Shown: positions 18,574-28,847 of the stretch, in pieces | How positions within the stretch are numbered: position 1 is the first letter of the stretch | How the letters are laid out: each line of letters starts with the position of its first letter | Source: Candidatus Flemingiibacterium sp. | Lineage (GTDB): Bacteria; Bacillota; Clostridia; Oscillospirales; CAG-272 | NCBI GenBank assembly: GCA_045634345.1 | Contig: JAZRAB010000125.1 | Coordinates: forward strand, 1-41,815 | Length of the DNA stretch: 41,815 nucleotides | Reading direction: 5' to 3' | Notes under the pieces: generated by a model | Seen by the model: only the letters and a program-made list of their open reading frames with translations | The model's database searches: none | Told to the model about the DNA's origin: nothing | Position numbers and translations under genes: made by a program

Positions 18574-19497
18574 TTATGATTTTGAAAGATCGTCGAGATC
18601 ATACGGTGTGTTTTGATATACAAAATAGTTAAGCCAATTTGAAAACAGAAGATTTGCGTGTCCGCGCCATACGTTCGGAGGGCGTCTCTGCGGATCGTCG
18701 TTCGGGAAATAGTTGTACGGAAGTTCAATATCGAGTCCCTTATCGACGTCGCGGAAATATTCCTTTGAGAGAGTGTCATAGTCATATTCGGAATGACCTG
18801 TGACAAAAAGCATGCGCGAATCCTTTGCCGCGATAATATACGGACCGGCAATGTCACTTCTTGCGATCAGCTCAAGCTCGCTTACCTTGGTTATTTCTTC
18901 TTCGGCGATACCGGTGTGACGTGAGTGCGGCGCCTTGAATATTTCATCAAAGCCGCGTACTATCGGATGATTCGGACGCAGTGCGTAATGGTCGAATACA
19001 CCGAACATTTTCTTGTCAAGAGGATGCTTGTTGACGCCGTAGTGGTAGTGGAGTCCCGCCTGCGCCGCCCAGCAAATGTGAAGTGTTGAGAAAACATGCG
19101 TCTTTGACCATTCCATTATACCGCATAATTCATCCCAATATGTAACGTCGTGAAAATCAAGGTTCTCAACGGGGGCGCCAGTGATTATAAAACCGTCAAA
19201 ATTTTCGTTTTTTATATCGTCGAAATTCTTGTAGAACGCTTTCATGTGCTCGTCAGGTGTGTGCGTCGAGCGGTGCGTTGCTGTCTGAAGAAGTGTAAAC
19301 TCGATCTGAAGCGAGCTGTTTGACAAGAGACGGATAAGCTGTGTTTCGGTTGTAATCTTGGTGGGCATCAGATTGAGCACCGCTATTTTCAGCGGACGGA
19401 TGTCCTGGTGCTCTGCGCGAAAATCGCTCATTACGAAAATGTTCTCACGCTCAAGTGTCTCGGCGGCAGGGAGTCCCTGTGGTATTTTTATCGGCAT
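18574..19497 (-). CDS. metA: Homoserine O-acyltransferase (MetA family)
   Basis: The translation [23 protein letters not shown]...[14 protein letters not shown] is the canonical MetA N-terminus. An RBS AAGGAGG lies upstream. Confidence 0.9.
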   Translation of the reverse strand: MPIKIPQGLPAAETLERENIFVMSDFRAEHQDIRPLKIAVLNLMPTKITTETQLIRLLSNSSLQIEFTLLQTATHRSTHTPDEHMKAFYKNFDDIKNENFDGFIITGAPVENLDFHDVTYWDELCGIMEWSKTHVFSTLHICWAAQAGLHYHYGVNKHPLDKKMFGVFDHYALRPNHPIVRGFDEIFKAPHSRHTGIAEEEITKVSELELIARSDIAGPYIIAAKDSRMLFVTGHSEYDYDTLSKEYFRDVDKGLDIELPYNYFPNDDPQRRPPNVWRGHANLLFSNWLNYFVYQNTPYDLDDLSKS

Positions 19498-19562
19498 TGC
19501 GGCCTCCTTAATTTGAGTGTTTTCGGCTTTTTTGTGAAAGCTCGGGTGAATTGATTGTTACT

Positions 19563-19591
19563 ATTATATCATATATTTTTCATCATTACAA
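19563..19591 (-). promoter_or_regulatory. Putative metA promoter
   Basis: The minus strand reads TTGTAA, a 17-nt spacer, then TATAAT. The leader is short with no room for an S-box riboswitch. Confidence 0.5.
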
Positions 19592-19629
19592 CAGGATATC
19601 GAAAATTTGTATGAAAATCAAAAAAACAT

Positions 19630-19658
19630 TTGCTTTTTTCAAAAGAAAATGATATAAT
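19630..19658 (+). promoter_or_regulatory. Putative promoter of the 1031-aa protein gene
   Basis: The plus strand reads TTGCTT, a 17-nt spacer, then TATAAT. Confidence 0.5.
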
Positions 19659-19703
19659 ATAATTATATATATTATACTGTCGTATTATGGGAGGTGAGTC
19701 TCG

Positions 19704-22700
19704 GTGAAAAAAACTGATAATATTAAGCTTTTTACTGCATTTATAGCGGTTGCCGCACTGCTTTCATTGCTGCTTGGCATTACCGTTGGTGCCGCAGGTA
19801 AAGGCGAATATATTATTTTTGATTTTGCCGTCTCCTCCGGCGACTGGTCTGCACACGAAAATGTTCATAGTGCTCGTCGTAAAAATTTATTGTTTGACGG
19901 TGATGCACGTTCTCTGCTTGAGGTGACGAGCTGGGGCGTTCGTCCCGGAGATATGCGTACTGTCGGCGTGGAATTTAAAGAGGCTTCTAACCTTTCGGAA
20001 TACCGCAAGATAAAATATGATATTTATGTACCGCTCTATGAATTTGACGACAATGCGGTATATTACACTCAGCTTACGCTCAATACAAGCACGGGAGAAA
20101 GCGCGAAGTATCTCGAGCTTATCGGAGGCGGCGAATGGAACACGGTTGAGATCAATATTGGCTCGTGGGAAGGGCGCGCAGACATAATCTCAATGCAGAT
20201 TTCAGTCACTATTGATACCACACTCCCCAAAAACGGCAGCTACAGCTTTTATATAGATGATATAAGGGCAGATGGAATTATCGACCGTGAGCTTTCAGAG
20301 CGATTTTTATTCGATGTATATTCAAGCACGGACGGAACGGCGATATTGTCGGGGGATAAAAAGCGTGTGTTGATGACTCCGTCAGAATCCGGCAAAATGT
20401 CGCTTGAGGCTGATGTAGCTGTCCCGGAGTTTGAGCATGGGGCAAATTGCCTTCGTATAAAGCTTACTAATCATACCGAAAGCGATATGATGACGCTTTA
20501 TTATTCCACATCGGATACCCAGGTCAGTAGCGAAGATAAGAGTATTTCCATTCCGATAATACCAAATTCAGAGAATCGGTATTACTATGCAAATGTCGGT
20601 GATGTTTCGATGCTCCACAGTATAAAGTTGGCGTTCGATTCTGATGCAGGCAGTATAGAGCTTCTCTCGATAAGTGCAGTGCCGTCATATGAACCTGAAA
20701 AATATACGGTTTGCGGTGCAGTCAACTCCTGCATTATAAATGATGATTTGGCGTCTGTCAGCTTCTTCGGACAGATTGACCGTGAAGTTGCTCTTGAAAA
20801 TCGGGCGGGACAGATAGCGATATATTCTTACAATGGCGACGGACTCCCAACCCCCGATGAGCTTCTAAACGCAACGCCGCTCGCAGTTGGTATGATGACC
20901 GTAAGATTTGAACTTAAATGGGCACTTGAACGAGATAATATCGAGGCGATTTACAGTAGATTTATAGCTGTGGTACTGCATGAGAATGGCGGCTATTCGC
21001 TTATCGCACCGCCATTTTATGTGGATAATCCCGAACGGCTGGCGCGTTTTTCATATGATTTCACGCCTGATTTAAAGGGCTTTGAATCGGATGATATCTC
21101 ACTGGTAGGGGATACGGATGCAGGCGTGACGATGCTCACACTTTACGCCTATAATGTGTTTGCCTCAAAGAGTGAGGGAACGCAATATATCTACAACGGC
21201 GAGATTTACTATCTTAATGGGGAATATCTTGATAAGCTGTCAGCGAAGATCGCCGCACTTTCGGATTCAGGCACACAGATTCTGTTAAGATATGCCGGAT
21301 GGGCAAAGGAATACGGTGAGTCACTTGCCAAAGCCTACAGTGAGGACGATTATGTCAATATCGGAAAGGTTTCAAATGCCGGTGATGGTGTCGATTTTCT
21401 TGGCGCATTTGCATCATACACTGCCGAAAACTGGTGTCGTGACGGACAGGTGAGCGGAGTGGTGTTCGGTTCTATCGAGAATTTTATAGTCCCGGAAAAA
21501 TCTTTTGTGGATTCGGTGAAATATACGGCGGATTGTCTGCGCACGGTTTATATGAATTTGGTAAGCGCAAATTCTGCGGCTAAATTATATATTTCTCTTA
21601 ACGATCTTTATACTTCAGATCCTGCTACAAATATGAGTGAAATCGGACTTGTCGAATATTTACCGGCTTTGATTGCCGCGACGGGTGAATACGGACAATT
21701 TCCGTGGGATATATGCATTGAAAAGCTTCCGGATGACACTGCGTATGACGGCGGTGTATATGTTGATGTAAACAACTGCGATATGATAGGCGACCTTCTT
21801 GCAACGAACAGCGCCGGAGAAAAACGCCTTATCTTCTGCGACAGTCTTTATTATGACCCCAAGATCCCATACGACGAAAAGCTTACCTCTTTTGTAATTG
21901 GTTACTATTCGGCACTGTTTGATGACCGAATTGACGCATATATCGCTCGCTCGGTGCAAAACGGTAGTGAGCTTACGGATGCGGTGCGCTGTATAGATAC
22001 AGTAAAATCGTATCAGCTAACAAATGAAGTTGCTGAACTTCTTGGAGTTGATGATATTTCAGAGTTGTTTGAGCATTGGGACAAGAATAAACTTTCATCA
22101 CGCCGTATTACCGGGCGCGAAGCTGATACAAGAGAGCCGAACGGCGTCAGAGGCAGATTTTCATACTATAAATTCAGTGGTGTTGCGAGTATAGGTTCAC
22201 TCAAATCAGGATATTATGCCGGAGCACTTCGCATTGCCAGAGATGATGGAAATATGCTTTCAGTCCAGCTTGATTCCTCTATTTATGAAAACGATGCAAA
22301 TGCCGCATGGATGGGAATTTCACACCGGTTTGATTACGAAGAGGATTTTAGGCTTACACCTATTTTGGCGCTTACATTAAAGATTGATAAGATTCAGCCG
22401 TCCTCTCTTGACAGAATCCCACTTAAGTTGGTTTTGTTTGGTAAAGACGAGCGCTTTGAGTCAAGTGCTGAGATTATCCCGGGTGAGTGGACAACTGTTT
22501 ATATAGATACTACCGGCTTTATATCGGCGGGCGAAACCGAGAGACTGCAAATACTTGTAGGTGACGGAAAAGTAAGGAAAGCCGTTATGTCTGTACGTTC
22601 GCTTGAGGGGCTGTCACGCGAATATAACGATGAGTCGCTTGAAAGCGTTGTTGAGAGCGCAAGACTTAAAAAATCATCCCCGGATACGGTTACTGACTAC

Positions 22701-22799
22701 AGTAAATTCATGTGGGTCGGCGGCGGCGTTATTGTCGCTGTTGCAACTGTGCTGGCAGTAGCGCTGCTCAGTCGCAGAAGGGAAGACACTGATGAATAA
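19704..22799 (+). CDS. Large secreted, membrane-anchored protein of unknown function
   Basis: A GTG start follows GGGAGGTGA. The protein has an N-terminal signal/TM segment (LFTAFIAVAALLSLLLGITVGAAG) and a C-terminal TM anchor followed by RRREDTDE. I recognise no catalytic motif. Confidence 0.7.
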   Translation: MKKTDNIKLFTAFIAVAALLSLLLGITVGAAGKGEYIIFDFAVSSGDWSAHENVHSARRKNLLFDGDARSLLEVTSWGVRPGDMRTVGVEFKEASNLSEYRKIKYDIYVPLYEFDDNAVYYTQLTLNTSTGESAKYLELIGGGEWNTVEINIGSWEGRADIISMQISVTIDTTLPKNGSYSFYIDDIRADGIIDRELSERFLFDVYSSTDGTAILSGDKKRVLMTPSESGKMSLEADVAVPEFEHGANCLRIKLTNHTESDMMTLYYSTSDTQVSSEDKSISIPIIPNSENRYYYANVGDVSMLHSIKLAFDSDAGSIELLSISAVPSYEPEKYTVCGAVNSCIINDDLASVSFFGQIDREVALENRAGQIAIYSYNGDGLPTPDELLNATPLAVGMMTVRFELKWALERDNIEAIYSRFIAVVLHENGGYSLIAPPFYVDNPERLARFSYDFTPDLKGFESDDISLVGDTDAGVTMLTLYAYNVFASKSEGTQYIYNGEIYYLNGEYLDKLSAKIAALSDSGTQILLRYAGWAKEYGESLAKAYSEDDYVNIGKVSNAGDGVDFLGAFASYTAENWCRDGQVSGVVFGSIENFIVPEKSFVDSVKYTADCLRTVYMNLVSANSAAKLYISLNDLYTSDPATNMSEIGLVEYLPALIAATGEYGQFPWDICIEKLPDDTAYDGGVYVDVNNCDMIGDLLATNSAGEKRLIFCDSLYYDPKIPYDEKLTSFVIGYYSALFDDRIDAYIARSVQNGSELTDAVRCIDTVKSYQLTNEVAELLGVDDISELFEHWDKNKLSSRRITGREADTREPNGVRGRFSYYKFSGVASIGSLKSGYYAGALRIARDDGNMLSVQLDSSIYENDANAAWMGISHRFDYEEDFRLTPILALTLKIDKIQPSSLDRIPLKLVLFGKDERFESSAEIIPGEWTTVYIDTTGFISAGETERLQILVGDGKVRKAVMSVRSLEGLSREYNDESLESVVESARLKKSSPDTVTDYSKFMWVGGGVIVAVATVLAVALLSRRREDTDE

Positions 22800-23055
22800 G
22801 CTTAAGCTTTCGGGTATCATTGCCGCATTTGTTTTGCTGATTTTAGCACTTGCGGCAAAGCTTATCGGGACGGGTGCGCCTACTGTCATATTACCGCTGA
22901 TGGCGCTGATAACTGCTACTCTTGCAGTGATAGATATTATTATTTGCCGCAAAAAACAGAATGACACATTCAAAACAGGTGCGATTATCCGTATAATAAG
23001 CCTTATTGTCATCACGCTGCTTTTGTTGACTGCATCGGTGATAAATATTATTTGA
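22792..23055 (+). CDS. Small integral membrane protein (3 TM)
   Basis: This 87-aa hydrophobic ORF overlaps the upstream stop by 8 nt and the downstream start by 4 nt. Confidence 0.5.
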   Translation: MNKLKLSGIIAAFVLLILALAAKLIGTGAPTVILPLMALITATLAVIDIIICRKKQNDTFKTGAIIRIISLIVITLLLLTASVINII

Positions 23056-23618
23056 TAAAGGAAATTTTCAGTATGCTTTTAAGAAATTTCGGCGATAATG
23101 AGCCGATTGAAAGTCTGCCGATACGACTTTTTGGAGTCGTTAGGGAATCTATCGTTGACGGTCCGCAGCTTCGGTATGTGATATTTACCCAAGGCTGTCC
23201 GCATAAATGCTATAATTGCCATAACCCCGAGTCGCATCCGTATGGTGGGGGGAAGCTTACGACCACAGATAAGCTTTGGCGCGATATATGTAAAAATCCG
23301 CTTATAAAAGGGCTTACCTTCAGCGGCGGTGAACCGTTTTTATGGGGGCATGAGTTGGCGGTCATTGCAAAAAAAGCCCGCGAGCGCGGACTTGATATAA
23401 TGACCTACAGCGGTTTCACATATGAGCAGCTTCTCAAAAAATGCGAAACGGAGCCGTCTGTGCATGAGCTTCTGTTGGCAACCAATTATCTTGTTGACGG
23501 AAGATATGTTGATGCGAAGCGCGATCTTACCCTTAAATTCAGAGGCAGCTCCAACCAGAGGATTCTGGATGTCACCTGCTACCCCAATTCAACCGATGCC
23601 ACGCAGATTGAACTGTAG
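23052..23618 (+). CDS. nrdG: Anaerobic ribonucleoside-triphosphate reductase activating protein (radical SAM)
   Basis: The translation has IVDGPQLRYVIFTQGCPHKCYNCHN (a CxxxCxxC cluster) and GLTFSGGEPF. The start could instead be the ATG at 23073. Confidence 0.8.
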   Translation: MIKEIFSMLLRNFGDNEPIESLPIRLFGVVRESIVDGPQLRYVIFTQGCPHKCYNCHNPESHPYGGGKLTTTDKLWRDICKNPLIKGLTFSGGEPFLWGHELAVIAKKARERGLDIMTYSGFTYEQLLKKCETEPSVHELLLATNYLVDGRYVDAKRDLTLKFRGSSNQRILDVTCYPNSTDATQIEL

Positions 23619-23681
23619 GCATTTTCTAACGACTAAAAAATTATTTAAAATATAAACTACAATACCAAAGGAGATATAAAA

Positions 23682-24848
23682 ATGTCTGACGCTTATTTAT
23701 CACGCGGCGTATCCGCCACTAAGGACGAGGTTCACAGTGCAATATCAAAGCAGGACAAGGGCGTTTTCGCCGGTGCGTTCTGCAAAATAATTCCCGATCC
23801 CTGCGGTGATCCCGAATACTGTGCGGCAATGCACGCCGACGGAGCCGGTACAAAATCCTCGCTCGCATACATCAAATATAAGGAGACCGGAGATCTTTCC
23901 GCTTTCTATAATATTGCGCAGGATTCCGTTGTAATGAATCTTGACGACCTTCTTTGTATCGGTGCAACCGACGGATTTGTCCTCTCGAACACTATTGGAA
24001 GAAATGCTCACCGCGTGAATGGTGAGGCTATCAAAGCAGTAATCGACGGTTATACCGAGTTCTGCGAGATGCTTGGTAAATACGGTGTGGGCATAACCAT
24101 GTCGGGCGGCGAGACTGCCGATGTGGGCGATCTTGTATCTACACTAATCGTTGACTCAACATTCTTCGTAAGATTAAAGCGCAGTGATGTTATCGACTGC
24201 GATAATATAAAGCCCGGTGATGTTATCGTCGGTCTTGCATCTTACGGTAAGGCAAACTACGAAAAGGCTTACAACGCAGGTATGGGCTCAAACGGTCTTA
24301 CCGCGGCACGTCACCTTATGCTCTCACACGACTATGCGGCTAAATATCCGGAGACATATTCAAATACCATCGACAATTCCAAGGTTTACTGCGGAACATA
24401 CGGTGTAAATGACATTCTCCCCGGCACTGATGTATCCGTCGTTGACGCCATTCTCTCGCCTACACGTACATATGCGCCTATCATTAAGGAAATACTTGAC
24501 ACCAAGCGTTCCGCTGTTCACGGCATGATTCACTGTACCGGCGGCGGTCAGGCGAAGTGTAAGAATTTCGGATGCGGTATTCACTACATTAAGGATAACC
24601 TTTTTGATACTCCTCCGCTTTTTGCCGCAATCAAGAGGAACGCAGATATCGGCGATCGTGAGATGTATCAGGTCTTTAATATGGGACACAGAATGGAGCT
24701 TTATTGCTCGGCAGAGGATGCGCAGTTCATGATTGATACCGCGAAGAAGTTCGGTGTTGAGGCGAAGATCGTCGGACGCTGTGAGGCATCCGCTGACGGT
24801 AAAAATCACGTTACTATTATTGACGGCGGCAATACCTACGAATATTGA
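23682..24848 (+). CDS. AIR synthase-related (PurM-like) protein
   Basis: The protein shows a PurM-superfamily layout, including MHADGAGTKS and an N-terminal RGVSATKDEV. An RBS AAGGAG lies upstream. Confidence 0.65.
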   Translation: MSDAYLSRGVSATKDEVHSAISKQDKGVFAGAFCKIIPDPCGDPEYCAAMHADGAGTKSSLAYIKYKETGDLSAFYNIAQDSVVMNLDDLLCIGATDGFVLSNTIGRNAHRVNGEAIKAVIDGYTEFCEMLGKYGVGITMSGGETADVGDLVSTLIVDSTFFVRLKRSDVIDCDNIKPGDVIVGLASYGKANYEKAYNAGMGSNGLTAARHLMLSHDYAAKYPETYSNTIDNSKVYCGTYGVNDILPGTDVSVVDAILSPTRTYAPIIKEILDTKRSAVHGMIHCTGGGQAKCKNFGCGIHYIKDNLFDTPPLFAAIKRNADIGDREMYQVFNMGHRMELYCSAEDAQFMIDTAKKFGVEAKIVGRCEASADGKNHVTIIDGGNTYEY

Positions 24849-24894
24849 TATATTGGAATTTCGTATAATCCAAGTATAGAAAGGATGCTTTGAA

Positions 24895-25830
24895 ATGCAA
24901 AAAAGAGTTCTTGTCGTAAGCTCCGCAAATATGGATTTTGTGATGAGAGTCGGAAGAATGCCCGAGGCAGGGCAGACCGTCATCGAGCGCCGCTCATATG
25001 ATTACGTACCTGGCGGGAAGGGCGCGAATGCCGCCGTCTCGCTTGCGAGACTCGGTGCAGACTGCGTTTTTTGCGCGAGACTTGGCAGCGATAATCACGC
25101 ACAGCGTTTGAAGACTCTCTATGAGGAAAGCGGAATTGATACTCGCTTTATAATAAACGACAGAAACACACCGACAGGACTTGCATCAATCATTGTGGAG
25201 GAAAACGGAAGCAACAGAATTATCGTTTATCCCGGCGCTAATGCGGCACTCACCCCCGATGATGTTGAGGATGCAATGACCTGCCTTCCCGATGCGGTAT
25301 TTTTGCAGTTTGAGATTCCTACAGATGCGGTTGTTGCGGCAACACAGTTTGCAAAAAAGAGAAACATTCCGGTTTTCCTCGATGCAGGCCCTGCAAGACG
25401 CAACTATCCGCTTGACCGCCTTGCTCCGCTTGAGGTGATATCTCCGAATGAAACAGAGACCTTTGCACTGACCGGAATCATGCCGAGCACTATCAATGAT
25501 TGTCTTCGTGCGGCGACGGTGCTGATGCAAAAGGTTGAAACAAAGTATGTGGTTATCAAGCTCGGCAGCAGAGGCGCGTATATCCACGACGGAAAATATT
25601 CACAGCTCGTTGCTGCGCATGAGGTAGAGGCTATCGATACCACCGGTGCAGGAGATGCATTCACGGCGGCTATGACGCTTGAATATCTGAGGAGCGGTGA
25701 TATTGTGCGTGCGGTGAAATACGCAACTGCGGTAGGCGCGATTGTTGTGGGTAGACTCGGCGCCTCAAGCTCGCTTCCGACCGCGGCACAGGTAGATGAA
25801 TTTATCCGCCAAAACGAAATTGTTTTGTGA
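24895..25830 (+). CDS. rbsK: Ribokinase (PfkB family)
   Basis: The translation has GGKGANAAV and DTTGAGDAF motifs. Confidence 0.8.
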   Translation: MQKRVLVVSSANMDFVMRVGRMPEAGQTVIERRSYDYVPGGKGANAAVSLARLGADCVFCARLGSDNHAQRLKTLYEESGIDTRFIINDRNTPTGLASIIVEENGSNRIIVYPGANAALTPDDVEDAMTCLPDAVFLQFEIPTDAVVAATQFAKKRNIPVFLDAGPARRNYPLDRLAPLEVISPNETETFALTGIMPSTINDCLRAATVLMQKVETKYVVIKLGSRGAYIHDGKYSQLVAAHEVEAIDTTGAGDAFTAAMTLEYLRSGDIVRAVKYATAVGAIVVGRLGASSSLPTAAQVDEFIRQNEIVL

Positions 25831-25838
25831 GGTAGACC

Positions 25839-26258
25839 GTGGCTGACAGAATTTTAGGAGTCGATTTCGGCGATACACGCACAGGACTCGCAGTGAGCGA
25901 TACTCTCGGCATGCTTGCAAACGGTATAGGTTATGTGAACTCTACGTATATGCCCAAGACCGTGGAGCTTGTGAGCGAAAAGGCGAAGGAGCATGGCGTA
26001 ACCCGTATAGTTGTCGGACTGCCGATTAATATGAACGGCACGCTCGGTCCGCGCGCGGAGCATGCGAAGGAATTTGCGGCACTGCTCGGCGAGGCAACCG
26101 GATTGCCGGTTGAGATGTTCGATGAGCGCTGCAGCACGATGGCGGCGCATCAGATACTGAATTTTACCGACACACGCGGAAAAAAACGCAAAGCGGCGGT
26201 TGATACGCTTTCGGCACAGATAATTCTTCAGAACTATCTTGACAGCCGCAGAAAGTAA
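25839..26258 (+). CDS. ruvX: Holliday-junction resolvase-like / pre-16S rRNA nuclease YqgF
   Basis: The start is GTG, and the translation has ILGVDFGDTRTGLAVSD and GLPINMNGT. Confidence 0.85.
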   Translation: MADRILGVDFGDTRTGLAVSDTLGMLANGIGYVNSTYMPKTVELVSEKAKEHGVTRIVVGLPINMNGTLGPRAEHAKEFAALLGEATGLPVEMFDERCSTMAAHQILNFTDTRGKKRKAAVDTLSAQIILQNYLDSRRK

Positions 26259-26265
26259 AAAAACT

Positions 26266-26297
26266 CCCGAGGAACGGCAGATTTGCCGTTTCTCGGG
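26266..26297. terminator. Hairpin between convergent genes
   Basis: The sequence is CCCGAGGAACGGC-agattt-GCCGTTTCTCGGG. Confidence 0.55.
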
Positions 26298-26306
26298 AAT
26301 AAGCAT

Positions 26307-27302
26307 TTATGTTGGTCCGTTATTTTTTGCGGAAGATGCGGTATTATCATATGCGTCGATGTTTACGGTATGTGTTCGGTAATAATCGGCAAGTATCTGA
26401 CATGAGGCACGGTTCAGATGTATTCCATCAGAGGAGTGAGCCGGATCAAGCGTTCCGTCCTCTAATGTGAACAGATCGCGCGGATCGAGCAGGAACAGCG
26501 ACTTTTCCTCTGCGAGCTTCATCAGATGCTCATTGAAAATGAAGCATTTTTCATTTGTTATACCGTATTCTGTGGTTTCCGAAGATTGTGTGGTTACAGG
26601 AAGTATAAGCTGAACGTAAATTGGCACGTCAGTAATCTCGCGTATGGAATCTATGAGCATTGAAAATGCAGAGATGAAGCCGCCAACTTCCCACCCAAGC
26701 TCGTTAAGACCGGTTGAGATATAAATAGCTTTGTAATTACCGAGCTCACGCTCCAACATATCGGCAAGCGTGTAGGACTGCATGTTACCGTCCTCGTCTG
26801 TCACTCGGATGAACTCTTTTGTATTGATAAGTCGGATGTTTAATCCCACCGACGAGAAATCGTAAGGTGACAGCTTGGTAAACATAAGGAGTCCCTTGGT
26901 ACGCGAATCTCCGATAAATACGGTATCGTTAAAATACTCATAGTCTACGGCAATACTCTCGGGTACCGCTTCCGAAAAGTAGTAAAGGATAGGCTCGTTG
27001 ATGACTATCGGTTCGCTTATACCCTCAGACGGAAGCTGTATTGTATCGCATGCCGCATATGTCGGGAGCGATGCATTATTATATTCATATGTGTAATTGC
27101 AGAACAGCAGCGAGACGAACATTATCATGGCGACACAAGCCGATGTGGCGGTGATTGCTTTTATTATAATGTCAAATGTTGAAACGGTGGTGTTTCCGTC
27201 GTTTTGTGCTTCTGCGCGAATGACTGCTTTGCCGCTGGTTTGAGCGGTATTTCTATTTACTGAAGCTATGGGACGTAGTTTTTCAATATGACGATTTTTC
27301 AA
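26307..27302 (-). CDS. SGNH/GDSL-type hydrolase with N-terminal membrane anchor
   Basis: A TTG start follows AAGGGGGTG. The protein has a TM helix and then the FIGDSRTKG block-I motif. Confidence 0.65.
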   Translation of the reverse strand: MKNRHIEKLRPIASVNRNTAQTSGKAVIRAEAQNDGNTTVSTFDIIIKAITATSACVAMIMFVSLLFCNYTYEYNNASLPTYAACDTIQLPSEGISEPIVINEPILYYFSEAVPESIAVDYEYFNDTVFIGDSRTKGLLMFTKLSPYDFSSVGLNIRLINTKEFIRVTDEDGNMQSYTLADMLERELGNYKAIYISTGLNELGWEVGGFISAFSMLIDSIREITDVPIYVQLILPVTTQSSETTEYGITNEKCFIFNEHLMKLAEEKSLFLLDPRDLFTLEDGTLDPAHSSDGIHLNRASCQILADYYRTHTVNIDAYDNTASSAKNNGPT

Positions 27303-27394
27303 GCTATCACCCCCTTAATCGACGTTTTAAACAAATAAATCACATTTTTATTATACCACAAACGATTTAAGGATGCAATATTAAATTAAAAATT

Positions 27395-28024
27395 ATGAAA
27401 ATAAATTATCAGCTGTTACTCGAAAATGAGCTTGCGCGTATTGAACGCGAAAAGACGGTTCCCAGACTGCTTTTACACGCCTGCTGTGCGCCCTGCTCAA
27501 GCTATGTACTCGAATATCTTACCAAATATTTTGACATTACGGTGTATTTTTACAATCCCAATATCACAGATAACAATGAATATTTGAAGCGTGCAACCGA
27601 GCTTGAGCGGCTGATAACAATCATGCCGCATGACAGAAAGATAGAGCTGATTGTATGTGAGCACGCACCGACCCGCTTTTATGAGCTGTCGCGCGGACTC
27701 GAGGGCTTGCCCGAAGGCGGCATGCGCTGTTTTGCGTGCTATCGGGAGCGTCTTGAGGCGACTGCAAAATATATGGCAGAGCATGGTGGAGAGTATGATT
27801 ATTTTGCCACTACACTAACAGTCAGTCCACATAAAAATGCCGTAAAGCTAAATGAGATTGGCGCGGAGCTTGCCGAGACATACGGTATACGTTATCTGCC
27901 GTCCGATTTCAAAAAGCGCGAGGGATACAAGCGCTCGATTGAGCTTTCGCGTGAATATGGACTCTACCGTCAGGATTTTTGCGGATGTGAATTTTCGAGG
28001 GATTTTAAATATGGAAATTCTTGA
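27395..28024 (+). CDS. queH: Epoxyqueuosine reductase QueH (DUF208)
   Basis: The translation has LLLHACCAPCSSYVLEYL and conserved downstream Cys residues (CFACYRERL, FCGCEFS). Confidence 0.8.
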   Translation: MKINYQLLLENELARIEREKTVPRLLLHACCAPCSSYVLEYLTKYFDITVYFYNPNITDNNEYLKRATELERLITIMPHDRKIELIVCEHAPTRFYELSRGLEGLPEGGMRCFACYRERLEATAKYMAEHGGEYDYFATTLTVSPHKNAVKLNEIGAELAETYGIRYLPSDFKKREGYKRSIELSREYGLYRQDFCGCEFSRDFKYGNS

Positions 28025-28712
28025 GCTTGTCTCGCTTGTATGCCGCGTTAAACGCTCTGCACGAAAAACTGTATGTATTCGCGTGAGAAAGGACGGCGAG
28101 GCGGAGATACTTGCCCCAATTGGTATATCGCTGAAAAAAATAAAAGAGCTGATGCTTCCGTATGCCGATAAAATATCGGTTCAATGTGACAGACAGAAGC
28201 TGCGGATTGCCGAGCGGGGAAAATTTTTTCTCGATTACGGTTCAAAGGTGCGTTTTCTCGGGCGTAATGTGGAGATATGTGATGCGAGTGGCCGCAATGT
28301 CGGGATAGACGGCGATACAGTTTATCTTCCGTCATTGCTTAGCCGTGAGGAAATACGGCAGAGTATGATAGATATATACAAGCGTGCCGCTAAGGAGTAT
28401 CTTACTAAAAGGACGGCAGAAATATCCCAAAAGACGGGGATTTTTCCGAGCGCTGTCAAGATAAATTCGGCGACCTCACATTGGGCGAGCATGTCACGCG
28501 GCAATTCGCTTAATTTTTCGTGGTTTTGCATCATGGCAGTTCCCGAGGCTGTTGATTATATTATTATCCACGAGCTTTGCCATATGAGAGAATTTAACCA
28601 TTCGCCGCGTTTTTGGAAGATGGTAAGCGCGTATTGCCCGGATTATAAAAAGCATAGGAAATACCTTAAAGAGCTATGGTGTCGGGTGTTGTCCGAAAAT
28701 TGGGAGAAATAA
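28011..28712 (+). CDS. YgjP-like M48-family metallopeptidase (DUF45)
   Basis: The HExxH motif occurs in IIHELCHMREFNHSPRFW. I chose the ATG at 28011 because the track ORF start at 27852 would run 170 nt inside queH. Confidence 0.75.
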   Translation: MEILELVSLVCRVKRSARKTVCIRVRKDGEAEILAPIGISLKKIKELMLPYADKISVQCDRQKLRIAERGKFFLDYGSKVRFLGRNVEICDASGRNVGIDGDTVYLPSLLSREEIRQSMIDIYKRAAKEYLTKRTAEISQKTGIFPSAVKINSATSHWASMSRGNSLNFSWFCIMAVPEAVDYIIIHELCHMREFNHSPRFWKMVSAYCPDYKKHRKYLKELWCRVLSENWEK

Positions 28713-28847
28713 TATTTTCAAATTTCATAAAAAATTATAATTTTCTCTTTATTTGTGTCGGACTATGTGATATAATAGTATTGTAACTTGCAAATACTGC
28801 GCTGCGGCATTCCTATGCCGCGTGCTTTGATTATAATAGAGGTTAAC

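Noticed and set aside
19498-19600. SAM (S-box) riboswitch or Met T-box upstream of metA
   Set aside because: The leader from the predicted -10 to the RBS is about 60 nt, without conserved S-box or T-box motifs.
27852-28010. Long N-terminal extension of the YgjP-like gene
   Set aside because: It would overlap queH by about 170 nt in another frame. The family N-terminus begins at the ATG at 28011.
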